Origin: Candidatus Latescibacterota bacterium
Lineage (GTDB): Bacteria > Latescibacterota > UBA2968
Direction of reading: 5' to 3'
Length of the DNA stretch: 64,000 nucleotides
NCBI GenBank assembly: GCA_965207885.1
Contig: OZ242311.1
Coordinates: 5,472,001 to 5,536,000 of the forward strand
Position numbers and translations under genes: made by a program. The notes below the pieces were generated by a model. That model made no database searches, was not told where the DNA came from, and was given only the letters and a program-made list of their open reading frames with translations. Below, piece by piece: positions 10,573 to 20,277 of the stretch. How positions within the stretch are numbered: position 1 is the stretch's first letter; each line of letters begins with the position of its first letter.

Positions 10573-11412
10573 TTACTGCGCGGAAAAACTGGCCCAATTC
10601 TCTTCAACACGCGAAGTATCCGTTCTACCACAAAAAACAAACAACCGATACCTGCTTGCGGTCGTCTCTCCCTGTGCCAGCATCCAGGGACCAGCAATAC
10701 AGCGGCTGGGCACAATGCCGAGTTGCCCGTCAACGCGCCAGGGATTGGGGTATTCGGGATTGGTGGGATGATCCATCATCGCGATGCCTGCCCAGTCAGT
10801 GCGACCTTCGATGGGAATGGAAACAGAAACCCATTGTGCGCGTTGTCCTTCAGCGTCGCGATTGGTCTGACCCTCACTGTTGATGGCCTCGCCACCGAGA
10901 TCTCTTTTATAAGGCATTCGAAGAAAGAGACCACCGTAGGCGTATTCTCCAAAGGTAAGATCAATTGATGCGGTAAGGGACCATGTGATATCGATATCGT
11001 ACGTATCGCCCTGATCGTTGAAAGACCAGGCCTGTATTTCGGTGAGCATAGGCGCACCATCGGGATCTCGCCATCCGCTGGTAACAGTCCAGGTAGCAGT
11101 GTTATTATGCACACCTGCATTGCTAATCGGGTCGGGGTGAAAGGTCCCATCCTGATCTTTGCGCCGCTCCTGTAATCCCTCTGTCCAGAACCCAACCCCG
11201 TTGACCTCGTTGAGACCCACATAAAGACCGTGCTGCCAGGGATGGTGCGAGGGGGTATCTTCGGTGAGAATGCCATTGCCATCGGGCGCCACAATGGGAT
11301 GAATATAGGCGCGAGTATCAGCTCTGGCGCGCTGAACGAGAATGGGATCTTTTTGTTCGCTGCGGAATATTTCAACGCGGTCTGGTATTCCCTTTTGTTT
11401 GAGCTCAGTCAT
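10573..11412 (-). CDS. DUF6807/'PmoA'-family beta-sandwich protein
   Basis: YIHP...G..LT, HPWQHGL, FW, YGGLFLR and MMDHPTN motifs; start ATG 11412. Confidence 0.7.
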   Translation of the reverse strand: MTELKQKGIPDRVEIFRSEQKDPILVQRARADTRAYIHPIVAPDGNGILTEDTPSHHPWQHGLYVGLNEVNGVGFWTEGLQERRKDQDGTFHPDPISNAGVHNNTATWTVTSGWRDPDGAPMLTEIQAWSFNDQGDTYDIDITWSLTASIDLTFGEYAYGGLFLRMPYKRDLGGEAINSEGQTNRDAEGQRAQWVSVSIPIEGRTDWAGIAMMDHPTNPEYPNPWRVDGQLGIVPSRCIAGPWMLAQGETTASRYRLFVFCGRTDTSRVEENWASFSAQ

Positions 11413-11461
11413 TATTCTCCTCGGTTTAGTGAACAATTCAGGTGTTGGAAAACGCGAATTT

Positions 11462-12043
11462 CTATAGCCTTTCGGGCAAATCAACACCCGCAAACCCCGC
11501 CATTTGCGCGACCATGCGATAGGTCAGCCCCCACAGCGCGGGACGATTGGCACCGAGCAAATCAATAGCTGGCATATTGTGCCAACCTTCGAGATTGAGC
11601 CTCTGCCACCGCGTGGAATCGGCGAAATGTGCAAAAGGCGTCCAAAAAACATCGCGTACCTCGTCATTGGGCGCAACTTCAACGCCTTCAAAAATCGCAT
11701 AAACAAAACAGGCCACCTGGATGGGCAGCGTCGCACCCGTGACATCGTCCAAACGACCGAGATACTGCGCGTTGCTCAGATCGAGACCGAGTTCCTCGCG
11801 GGTCTCGCGTTCAGCCGTGTATTTGAGATCCGAATCATCGGGTTCGGCTGTCCCACCGGGAAAAGCGATATGCCCCGACCATGGGTCTGTCGGATGTGCG
11901 GCACGCTCGATAAAGAGAAGATAGAGATCATCCCGTCGCGGATGAAAAACCGCAGCAACAGCCGCCTGCGTCTTATCCGTTTCCGAGCGTGTATGGGGTT
12001 GATACGTCGATAGGGCTGCCGCAATCCTTTGAAAGGTATTCAT
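11462..12043 (-). CDS. Nudix CoA pyrophosphatase
   Basis: WSGHIAFPGG, Nudix box ending TAERETREELG, WGLT. Confidence 0.85.
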   Translation of the reverse strand: MNTFQRIAAALSTYQPHTRSETDKTQAAVAAVFHPRRDDLYLLFIERAAHPTDPWSGHIAFPGGTAEPDDSDLKYTAERETREELGLDLSNAQYLGRLDDVTGATLPIQVACFVYAIFEGVEVAPNDEVRDVFWTPFAHFADSTRWQRLNLEGWHNMPAIDLLGANRPALWGLTYRMVAQMAGFAGVDLPERL

Positions 12044-12056
12044 TCTGCACTCACCG

Positions 12057-12572
12057 TCACGTCAGTTCACTCATCCGAAACAGCGCGCGAAGTTCAATAC
12101 CCTCTTTGGCGAGATTCTCTGTGCCACCGGACTCGCGGTCAATCACACATATCGCCTGTGAAACGCGCGCACCGAGATTGCGAAGGTCCCGAGTGGAAAG
12201 AACAACCTGCCCGCCAGAAGTGACCACATCTTCAACAACCAGCAGATTCTTACCAGATATATCAACACCTTCAGCCAGTTTGCAAGTCCCATAAGTCTTA
12301 GCTTCTTTTCGCACAAAACACGTGGGCAGCCCGGACAACTGAGAAAGCATAGTCGCAAGGGGCACGCCACCGAGTTCGAGACCAGCGAGAACATCTGTAT
12401 TATCGGGAATCAAAGGCTGGAGATGCGCGGCGAGTTCGCAGAGAAGTTCGGGACGGGTTTCAAACTGATACTTGTCGAAATACTCGGTCGCAATCGCACC
12501 CGAGCGCAACGTAAATTGCCCAGTCAAATGAGAAGTCTGATAAATGCGATAAGCGAGTTCCGATCGGGTCAT
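12057..12572 (-). CDS. pyrE: Orotate phosphoribosyltransferase
   Basis: GQFTLRSG, YFDKY, RKEAKTYGT and the PRPP loop VVEDVVTSG; start ATG 12572. Confidence 0.9.
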   Translation of the reverse strand: MTRSELAYRIYQTSHLTGQFTLRSGAIATEYFDKYQFETRPELLCELAAHLQPLIPDNTDVLAGLELGGVPLATMLSQLSGLPTCFVRKEAKTYGTCKLAEGVDISGKNLLVVEDVVTSGGQVVLSTRDLRNLGARVSQAICVIDRESGGTENLAKEGIELRALFRMSELT

Positions 12573-12643
12573 CGTGTAGAATCTCCATAAAAATGTTAAC
12601 AATAGAACACTACCTGAGATATATGCAAGGAAATGCAAAGAAT

Positions 12644-13045
12644 TTATGTGAGCCAATTTTCAACCTGAAGATTTGTAATCCTCTGAAAGTGTCTTTCATT
12701 ATTCGTGACCAAACCAAATCCATGAACCAGTGCGGATGCTGCGATCAATATATCCGCATCGCCAATTAATTCGCCACGCTTACTCAAATCGGCATAAATA
12801 TCAGACGCTCTTGATATGATCGCATCAGAAAGTTGAATGATCGTGCTTCTTAAACACAATTGTTCAAAAGTCTCAAGCTGTCGATGTGCATCTATGGCCT
12901 TTAGACCACGAAGAATTTCATATCGCGTAATGATTGAAAAATGAAACCGCTGGTGCTCTTGCAGATAAGTACGACTCTTTGGAATAACGATGGGATTTCG
13001 ACGCATTATAGCAGAAAGAATATCTGTATCTAAAAAAAATGCCAT
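12644..13045 (-). CDS. vapC: PIN-domain VapC toxin
   Basis: LDTDILS, YEILRG, DILIAASA and LVTNNERHF motifs; visibly lower GC than the flanks. Confidence 0.9.
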   Translation of the reverse strand: MAFFLDTDILSAIMRRNPIVIPKSRTYLQEHQRFHFSIITRYEILRGLKAIDAHRQLETFEQLCLRSTIIQLSDAIISRASDIYADLSKRGELIGDADILIAASALVHGFGLVTNNERHFQRITNLQVENWLT

Positions 13046-13401
13046 TACTTCAGGCTCTCCCCGAAAAAGTCCCTGCGCTCTGTGGCGACTTTCTCAATTT
13101 CATCAATTTCATCGTCTGTAAGTCCATCATAAACCTGTCCAGCCAATTCCAAAAGGTCCTTGAAATTCTCTTTATCAAAATGTGCATACTCAATTTCTTT
13201 CAGGAGAGATTCTTGGGCAAGGTCTAAAAATACTTGTGCTTGTTCGCGGCTTACCGAAGGAAATCCATCTAAGAAATCTTCGAGGCTGTCGCCTGCTTTG
13301 AGATGGTCAACCAGTGACTTTATGGGTACGCGCGTACCCTTAAAAACAGGTGTGCCCCCAAGAATTTTTTTATTACAGGTGATAATGTGATCGCATTTCA
13401 T
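13045..13401 (-). CDS. DUF433 antitoxin-like protein with an acidic C-terminal extension
   Basis: ILGGTPVFKGTRVP...FLDGFPSVSREQA; its stop overlaps the vapC start. Confidence 0.8.
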   Translation of the reverse strand: MKCDHIITCNKKILGGTPVFKGTRVPIKSLVDHLKAGDSLEDFLDGFPSVSREQAQVFLDLAQESLLKEIEYAHFDKENFKDLLELAGQVYDGLTDDEIDEIEKVATERRDFFGESLK

Positions 13402-13433
13402 TTTTTTCTCCTTCAATTTTTTCCAGTAAAACA

Positions 13434-14975
13434 TTACGGCTCTATCAACTTGTAGAACTCTATCGCCCCATTGACAATGCGGTTGATAACCGCACTCTTG
13501 GTCGTATGTCGGTTTTCGTCATAGCCAGAGATAAACGTTGCCCCACTGTAGTCCCTTGTCGCCGCAATCTCATCGCGAATCGCCATTGGCGTCAACGCAT
13601 CGGTGCGACGCATCGCTTGGACTACCAACCTCAGGGCATCATACCCCAGTGCAGCCGATCCATCGGGCGCAACGCCAAACATTGCCGTGTACGCATCAAT
13701 AAAACGGTGGGCGTCTTCACTCAAATCGCCCGGTGCGACTTGAGACGAAAAAAAACCGCTAAAAAAACTTCCCTCAATAAACGCGCTACTCGTGGTAAGC
13801 AACTCTGCATTATGCCATGAATCGCCTCCGAGAAAAGTCGCTGTCAGGCCAAAATTTTGTCTTGCCTGCTGAACCAGCAATGGAATATCGACAACGGAAC
13901 CGGGAATAAAGACCACATCTGGCATAGATGAGGTGACAGCGATCAGTTGCGAGGCAAAATCGGTCTCCCCCGACATATAGAATTGATGCGCCGCAACATG
14001 GCCCCCAAGCGCGCCAAAATTATCCACAAAGGTCTGCGATAAGCCCTCCGAATAAATACTTCCGCGCTCCGTGAGCACCGCAACGCGACCCGCGCCCAAC
14101 TCTTGAATGGCAAATTCAGCCATCACCTTGCCCTGAAAATCGTCTGTAAAAGCCGCCATAAACACAAAATCACCTGCAGTAGAGACGATTGGATTGGTCG
14201 CATTGGTCGTCATCATTGGTATCCCATAGCGTTGTGCAATTTCCCCGACAATAACTGCCTGGCTCGAGCGGTTAGGGCCAACAATTGCCAATACCTTCTC
14301 CTGAGTAATCAATTTCTCTGCCAGTGCTGCAACGTATTCGGTCTCACTTATATTTTTTTCAGCGAGTTGTTCTATGGGTACACCGCCATCGATGAGTTCT
14401 ATGGGCACACCGCGCACACCCCCCTCTTCGTTGAATTGGAGAGCCGCCAGAGTCGCCCCATCCAGACTGTTTTTTCGGTATGTGCCATATATAAAGCCGA
14501 TTTTGATTGCATCCCCGGGTTGCGGTATCCGCATGGGGGAACCCATCACACGCATCCTTCCACCAATGGGCAAATTGAGCATCACTTCATACCCGCCATT
14601 GATCGGAATACTCGACCATGAACCGATCTCTCTCCCATCTATCGACGCACGCGCTTGATAATAACCCGTCACATCGCCCGATGCAATCTCCACACGCGCC
14701 CGACCATTCTCATTCGTCACCCCCGACCACTGATAATCTGCCACCTGCCCTGCAATAGAACGCGAAAAATCCACCTTCGCCCAAATCACAGGTGCGCCAT
14801 CTCGAAGCACAGTCGCCACCACCACAGCATGCGACGCACTCGTCTGCACAGCCAACTTACTCAGCGGACGTCCAACCTGCTCCTCTCCCTCTACCATCTG
14901 CGACTGCATCACCTGCTCGCCGCCACAGCCCCACATCACCCCTATCGCTAACACACAAAAAAAACCTCGCAACAC
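13434..14975 (-). CDS. Lipoprotein: N-terminal Ig-like module fused to a LivK/LivJ-type ABC substrate-binding domain
   Basis: Lipobox VMWGC; IKIG, AIVGP, FTDDFQGK, YSEGL, TDFASQL, GGDSW and AALGYDA motifs. Confidence 0.8.
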   Translation of the reverse strand: MLRGFFCVLAIGVMWGCGGEQVMQSQMVEGEEQVGRPLSKLAVQTSASHAVVVATVLRDGAPVIWAKVDFSRSIAGQVADYQWSGVTNENGRARVEIASGDVTGYYQARASIDGREIGSWSSIPINGGYEVMLNLPIGGRMRVMGSPMRIPQPGDAIKIGFIYGTYRKNSLDGATLAALQFNEEGGVRGVPIELIDGGVPIEQLAEKNISETEYVAALAEKLITQEKVLAIVGPNRSSQAVIVGEIAQRYGIPMMTTNATNPIVSTAGDFVFMAAFTDDFQGKVMAEFAIQELGAGRVAVLTERGSIYSEGLSQTFVDNFGALGGHVAAHQFYMSGETDFASQLIAVTSSMPDVVFIPGSVVDIPLLVQQARQNFGLTATFLGGDSWHNAELLTTSSAFIEGSFFSGFFSSQVAPGDLSEDAHRFIDAYTAMFGVAPDGSAALGYDALRLVVQAMRRTDALTPMAIRDEIAATRDYSGATFISGYDENRHTTKSAVINRIVNGAIEFYKLIEP

Positions 14976-14992
14976 AAAAACCTCCTGACACC

Positions 14993-15829
14993 CTATGTCT
15001 CAAACCGCGCCCACGCAGTCACATGCGGCGGCAAGAGAAGCGGGCGTTTCGACACCCTGATCTCTTCCCAAATCCGATCTGATAGTGTATCCACATCGAC
15101 CTCTTCAGCAGTCGCAATTCCAAACTCCTCCATAAGCGGAACCAGACTGCGAAAGGCGTTGGCAATAAAATCGTACCCAGCCCACGATTCTGCGCCCCCC
15201 AATGGCGCCACAAAATGCAAAATAGGCGCAGACAAACCGGCATCCAAAAACGTGCGATGGAGATCCATGCCCATTTCAGTATGCGCCCCTGAATGTTGAA
15301 ACACTGCAATTCCCCATTCAACCAGCTTGTTCATAAGCGGCGTATCTGAACGAGAAATCGATACATAAGGCGTAAAATCCACCTCCTGAAAAGCGACAAT
15401 ACCCCCCGGGCGCAAGTGCCTTGTGAGTTGTTTCAACGCCTCTGAGGGATCAGACATATACATAAGAACGAGGCGCCCGACCACCGCATCAAAGCCTCCC
15501 TCCACATCCAGGGTTCGGGCATCCCCCGCTATGAATTGAATATTTTCAAAACCCAGTTCTCTCACCCTCGCCTGGGCTGTCTCGAGAATCGCCGCATTGA
15601 CATCCACACCCACGACTTCCCCCTCTGCCCCGACCAACTCGGCTGCCGCCATCGCAACATCTCCGGCGCCGCTCCCCACATCGAGAACCCGCATCCCGCT
15701 AACCAGACCCGCCTCCTGAAAAAAACGCAGCGTCACAGCCTCGTAGAGTTGTGACTGCTGAATCAAACGCTCCGTCTCTCCTCCACTGCGCCCCATCGTA
15801 TATCTCGGATCGCTATTCAACTCGCTCAT
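14993..15829 (-). CDS. Class I SAM-dependent methyltransferase
   Basis: VLDVGSGAG, FDAVVGR and LRPGG motifs; start ATG 15829. Confidence 0.85.
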   Translation of the reverse strand: MSELNSDPRYTMGRSGGETERLIQQSQLYEAVTLRFFQEAGLVSGMRVLDVGSGAGDVAMAAAELVGAEGEVVGVDVNAAILETAQARVRELGFENIQFIAGDARTLDVEGGFDAVVGRLVLMYMSDPSEALKQLTRHLRPGGIVAFQEVDFTPYVSISRSDTPLMNKLVEWGIAVFQHSGAHTEMGMDLHRTFLDAGLSAPILHFVAPLGGAESWAGYDFIANAFRSLVPLMEEFGIATAEEVDVDTLSDRIWEEIRVSKRPLLLPPHVTAWARFET

Positions 15830-15968
15830 GGCACTTCCTCCTTTTGTGATATTCCCTTTGTGACATCCTCTGAATTTCAAAAAAATTACAACTTTGAGCA
15901 AATAAAAAACACCGTGACAGCCACCCAATAATTAGTTAAATTTCAGCCAAATATAAGGAGAAATACAC

Positions 15969-18881
15969 ATGTCATCTCGACTATTTTTCGTTCTTTGTCT
16001 CTCTTTCAGCATCCCCATTTCGGCCTTTGCCCAGCTCACCATCAAAGGCACAGTCACCGACGAGCGAGGCGAGAGTCTGCCAGGTGCCAATATCATTGTC
16101 ATCGGCACAACAACTGGCACGAACACCGATGCCCAGGGCAATTTCGCGCTGTATTTGTCAGAGCCAGAAGCGGAAACCACTATCGAAGCGCGTTATGTGG
16201 GCTACAAATCCGCCAGACAAACCATTCGCCAAAACAGCGGCCTTACGGAAGTCTCTTTTCAACTCGCCGTAGATGTCTTGCAATTCGATGAAATCGTCGT
16301 CACAGGTCTTTCCGTTGCAGCCAGCAAAAAACAACTGGGAAATGCCATTTCCACCCTGACCGTTCGCCAATTGGAATCGACTGGTGCCACATCCCTCGAC
16401 AAAGCGTTGACCGGTAAATTAGCCGGTGCGCTCATTCAACAAAATTCGGGCAATCCCGGCGGCGGCGTAACCATCCGATTGCGCGGAACCGGTACCGTCC
16501 TGGGCGATGCCGACCCCCTCTATGTGGTAGATGGCGTCATTGTGAACAACGACTCACCAGAACTCATTCGACTCGGCGGCGGATCGCAAAACCGCCTCAT
16601 CGATCTCAACCCAAACGACGTAGAACGCATTGAAATCGTAAAAGGCGCAGCAGCAGCAGCCCTTTACGGATCGCGCGCAAACAACGGTGTCGTGCAAATA
16701 TTTACAAAACGCGGCACTCAGGGCAAGCCTCGCATAAACTATACCTATGGTCTCTCAACGTCAAAAATACGCAAAACACTGCCAGTAAATCGGGCAACCG
16801 TTGACAATAGGGGAAATAAAAATTCCGACGGCTCCGATGTCCAGCGCTTTGACCATCAGGACTTCATCTTTAGACGCGCTGCGGGAATGGAGCACTATGC
16901 GTCGATATCGGGAGGGTCTGGCAATACCCGTTATTTTGCCTCCGGGTCCTATCTCGCCGATCAAGGCGTGATTGAAAACACATTGTTTCGGCGGATCAGT
17001 GCCCGAACGCGCATCGACCAGAATTTGTCGAACTGGTTGGCCTTATCTGTGGGAGGAAATTTCGTATTTAGCAAAAGCAATGACATCCCCAACGGCGGGC
17101 TAAATTCGAACTACGGCGCGATGACGGGTTTTATTTTTGGTCCCAATACCTATAATCTCACGCCCGACCCCGAGACCGGTACTTATCCGGACGACGGCAT
17201 TCTCGCCAACCCCCTTGAAGTCATTGATCAATATGATTTCACGCAAGAAATCACGCGCTATATTGGAAGTGCCCAGCTAAATGCAACCCCGCTATCTGGA
17301 TTGAGCATTGACTATACTCTGGGCATTGATACCTACGATCAGACGGCCATCGCATTTATCCCTACCGGCACCTCTGCGCCGGGCCTGGCAAATGGCTTTT
17401 CTCGAAGAGCCGTATTCGATTTTCTGCAACTCAACAATGACATCAACCTCAGATACCAGCGGGACATATTTCCCAATGTGCAATCGACCACGCGAATCGG
17501 CGGAACCCTGCAATACGAAAAAGGGGGAAATTTTAGCGCAGAAGGCAGAAATCTGAGTCCCGTTGCAGAAGTCGTATCGAGCGGTGCAAATGTCGTCGCG
17601 GGCGAAACCAGGAGCAAAAGGGTCATTTATGGCGGATTTATCCAGCAAACCTTTGGGATCGCCAACCGTCTTTTTGTCACGGCTGCCGCCCGCATCGACG
17701 CCTCCTCGGTCTATGATGCGGATAATCGCTGGCAATTTTATCCAAAAGCGAGTGCCTCCTATCTCATTTCAGATACGGGCTTCTGGCAAAATAGCGCACT
17801 TCAAAACATCTTTTCAGACTTCAAATTGCGAGCCTCCATAGGCACTTCAGGAGGTCAAACAGCCATTGGGCCGTATGACCGCCTGACCAATTACAATGCA
17901 TCCTCTTATGACGGCAACCCCGGCCTGGTGCCCAGCACACAACTCGGCGGAACGATCAAACCCGAAAGACAGCGGGAAATTGAAATAGGGACGGATTTTA
18001 GTCTCCTGTCCAATCGCCTGGGCATAGAACTGACCTATTACGATCAGCGCATCGAAGACTTGTTGCTATTCCGCACATTATCCCCCTCCACAGGTCATTC
18101 GCGTGCCCTGCAAAATGTCGGCACCATGGACAATACCGGGTTGGAATTCCTCGTGCGCGCGATTCCGCTCGCACGCCCCAATCTCCGCTGGGAATCGACC
18201 TTCACGTATTCGACCAACAGAAACAAAGTCGATGGTATTGAGGGCGGGCGATTGATCATCCCAAATTCGTTTTCCCAGGTCTCGGCCATCAACGGCGAAC
18301 CCCTCGGGGTTTTCTTCAGCACGGCTTTTGAACGCGATGCCCAGGGCAATATCGCAAACGACGAAAACAATCTCCCGATACAAGCGGCTGATCGCAAAAT
18401 TATTGGCGATCCCAACCCGGACTTTACCGCTTCATGGATCAATCAGATCGCCCTGGGGCAAAACTGGTCATTTCGCATGCAATGGGACGCCATCATAGGT
18501 GGCGATTTATTCAATTTTACCAGACGCCTGGCCGCATTGAGCGCATTCGGCGTTTTAACAGACTACGAACGCGAATTAAACGGCGAACTCCCCTCTGGTT
18601 ATAATTCGCGGGTTTTCCGAATTTTTGAACAATGGATCGAAGATGGATCCTTTGTGAAATTGCGCGAACTATCCGCGTCTTATCGCTGGCAGCCCCAATT
18701 TTTGGGATTGAGCAGCATTCAATTGAGCCTCATTGGCCGCAATTTGCTTTCCATAGACGACTACAGCGGTTACGATCCGGAAACCAACATCGCCGGACAG
18801 CGCACCGCAGTGCGCGGATTTGACTTCGTAGAAGTGCCCATCCCGCGCAGTATTGCATTCCGTATAAGTTTGAACTACTAA
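15969..18881 (+). CDS. susC: SusC/RagA-family TonB-dependent receptor
   Basis: Signal peptide, carboxypeptidase-regulatory N-domain, PLYVVDG, IEIVKGAAAAALYGSRANNGVV, aromatic C-terminus. Confidence 0.92.
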   Translation: MSSRLFFVLCLSFSIPISAFAQLTIKGTVTDERGESLPGANIIVIGTTTGTNTDAQGNFALYLSEPEAETTIEARYVGYKSARQTIRQNSGLTEVSFQLAVDVLQFDEIVVTGLSVAASKKQLGNAISTLTVRQLESTGATSLDKALTGKLAGALIQQNSGNPGGGVTIRLRGTGTVLGDADPLYVVDGVIVNNDSPELIRLGGGSQNRLIDLNPNDVERIEIVKGAAAAALYGSRANNGVVQIFTKRGTQGKPRINYTYGLSTSKIRKTLPVNRATVDNRGNKNSDGSDVQRFDHQDFIFRRAAGMEHYASISGGSGNTRYFASGSYLADQGVIENTLFRRISARTRIDQNLSNWLALSVGGNFVFSKSNDIPNGGLNSNYGAMTGFIFGPNTYNLTPDPETGTYPDDGILANPLEVIDQYDFTQEITRYIGSAQLNATPLSGLSIDYTLGIDTYDQTAIAFIPTGTSAPGLANGFSRRAVFDFLQLNNDINLRYQRDIFPNVQSTTRIGGTLQYEKGGNFSAEGRNLSPVAEVVSSGANVVAGETRSKRVIYGGFIQQTFGIANRLFVTAAARIDASSVYDADNRWQFYPKASASYLISDTGFWQNSALQNIFSDFKLRASIGTSGGQTAIGPYDRLTNYNASSYDGNPGLVPSTQLGGTIKPERQREIEIGTDFSLLSNRLGIELTYYDQRIEDLLLFRTLSPSTGHSRALQNVGTMDNTGLEFLVRAIPLARPNLRWESTFTYSTNRNKVDGIEGGRLIIPNSFSQVSAINGEPLGVFFSTAFERDAQGNIANDENNLPIQAADRKIIGDPNPDFTASWINQIALGQNWSFRMQWDAIIGGDLFNFTRRLAALSAFGVLTDYERELNGELPSGYNSRVFRIFEQWIEDGSFVKLRELSASYRWQPQFLGLSSIQLSLIGRNLLSIDDYSGYDPETNIAGQRTAVRGFDFVEVPIPRSIAFRISLNY

Positions 18882-18891
18882 GGGAAAAAAT

Positions 18892-20196
18892 ATGAAATCG
18901 AGTCGCCTGTATATTCTCCTGGCATTGCTGCTCTTTTTTACACAAGGTTGCGATTTAAACATAACAAATCCAAACCAGGCAGTGGAAGAGCGCGTTTTAA
19001 CCACCAGTGACGGCATTATCGCACTCGCCATTGGCATGCAACGAGATTACGCGAGTCAGAATGTCGATTCATACATTCGTCATCCGGCAATTACAAGCCG
19101 CGAATTTGCGGCAAACACGACCTTTGCCAACCTCATACAATTAGAGGATGGCCTCAACGCATTGTCTGGCGCAAACAGCGGTGTCAGCGCGATCTGGTTC
19201 GAATCATACCGCGTCATCGGAATAGCCAATGATTTGATCGACAGCGCGCCCAATGTGCAACTATCAGAAGGTACGCGCAGCGGCATTATTGCACTCTCTC
19301 AACTTTACAAAGCGATGTGTCTGGGGTTCGTCGCACAGGCTTTTGAACAGGCACCAACAGATGTACAGGCCGATGGACAGGCCACTTTCCAGCCGCGGTC
19401 TGAGGTATTTGCCGAAGCGATTCGGTTGCTGGACAACGCGCTCCAAACCATCTCGGCTACGCCACCATCTGCTCAATTCAACTCAGATATCCTGGGACAG
19501 GGATTCGATCTCTTAAATACGATTCACGCTTACCGGGCGCGCTATAACCTGTTCGCGGGAAATTATCCAGCCGCACTTGAAGCCGCCAATACCATCGATC
19601 CCTCGGCAACATCTGTCTATACTTATGACGCCGACAATCAGAACCCCATCTACAACCAGGTTTTTGTTGCGGATGATTATGCGCCAAGAGATAATTTCGG
19701 AACGCTGGTCACAGACAGCAACGATGCGAGACTTGCATTTTATCTCATGCCAAATGACCGCCTGAGCAATCCCAACACTTTGCCTATTGAAACGCTATCC
19801 GGCTTTTGGAACACCGCCACATCGTCCATCCCGGCATATTTGCCCGGCGAAATGGCTCTGATACGGGCAGAGGCAAACGCAATGATGGGAAATATCACAG
19901 GAGCGATCACCGAAATAGACGCCATCCGCACAAAAACACCCGATCGTGATCCCCTTGGCATTGGGGCATCGCTACCACCCTACAGCGGTCCACAAACCGT
20001 CGAGGCCGTGACAGAAGAGATCTTTCGGCAGCGCAGAGCGGAATTATTCCTGAACGGTACTGGATTGGAAGACAGCCGACGTCTCGGTCAACCCGGTCCC
20101 TCATCCGACCCCTTTGAGCGAAATCGAAATTTCTATCCCTATGCCGACCAGGAGCGATTAAACAACCCCAATACGCCTTCCGATCCCGCAAATTAG
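18892..20196 (+). CDS. susD: SusD/RagB-family lipoprotein
   Basis: Lipobox TQGC; EMALIRAEA, IR and QRRAELFLNG motifs; 10 bp after susC. Confidence 0.88.
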   Translation: MKSSRLYILLALLLFFTQGCDLNITNPNQAVEERVLTTSDGIIALAIGMQRDYASQNVDSYIRHPAITSREFAANTTFANLIQLEDGLNALSGANSGVSAIWFESYRVIGIANDLIDSAPNVQLSEGTRSGIIALSQLYKAMCLGFVAQAFEQAPTDVQADGQATFQPRSEVFAEAIRLLDNALQTISATPPSAQFNSDILGQGFDLLNTIHAYRARYNLFAGNYPAALEAANTIDPSATSVYTYDADNQNPIYNQVFVADDYAPRDNFGTLVTDSNDARLAFYLMPNDRLSNPNTLPIETLSGFWNTATSSIPAYLPGEMALIRAEANAMMGNITGAITEIDAIRTKTPDRDPLGIGASLPPYSGPQTVEAVTEEIFRQRRAELFLNGTGLEDSRRLGQPGPSSDPFERNRNFYPYADQERLNNPNTPSDPAN

Positions 20197-20212
20197 CTCC
20201 CCATCAAAACAA

Positions 20213-20250
20213 AAACAGAGAGCCGCGCAAAATAGCACAGCCCTCTGTTT
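20213..20250. terminator. Imperfect hairpin between convergent susD and RND genes
   Basis: AAACAGAG...CTCTGTTT inverted repeat. Confidence 0.5.
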
Positions 20251-20277
20251 GGGAGAGAAGTGGTTCTATGACCCGTT

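Noticed and set aside
10573-11412. Methane monooxygenase, suggested by the 'PmoA' family label
   Set aside because: The protein is soluble with no transmembrane helices, and there is no pmoB or pmoC.
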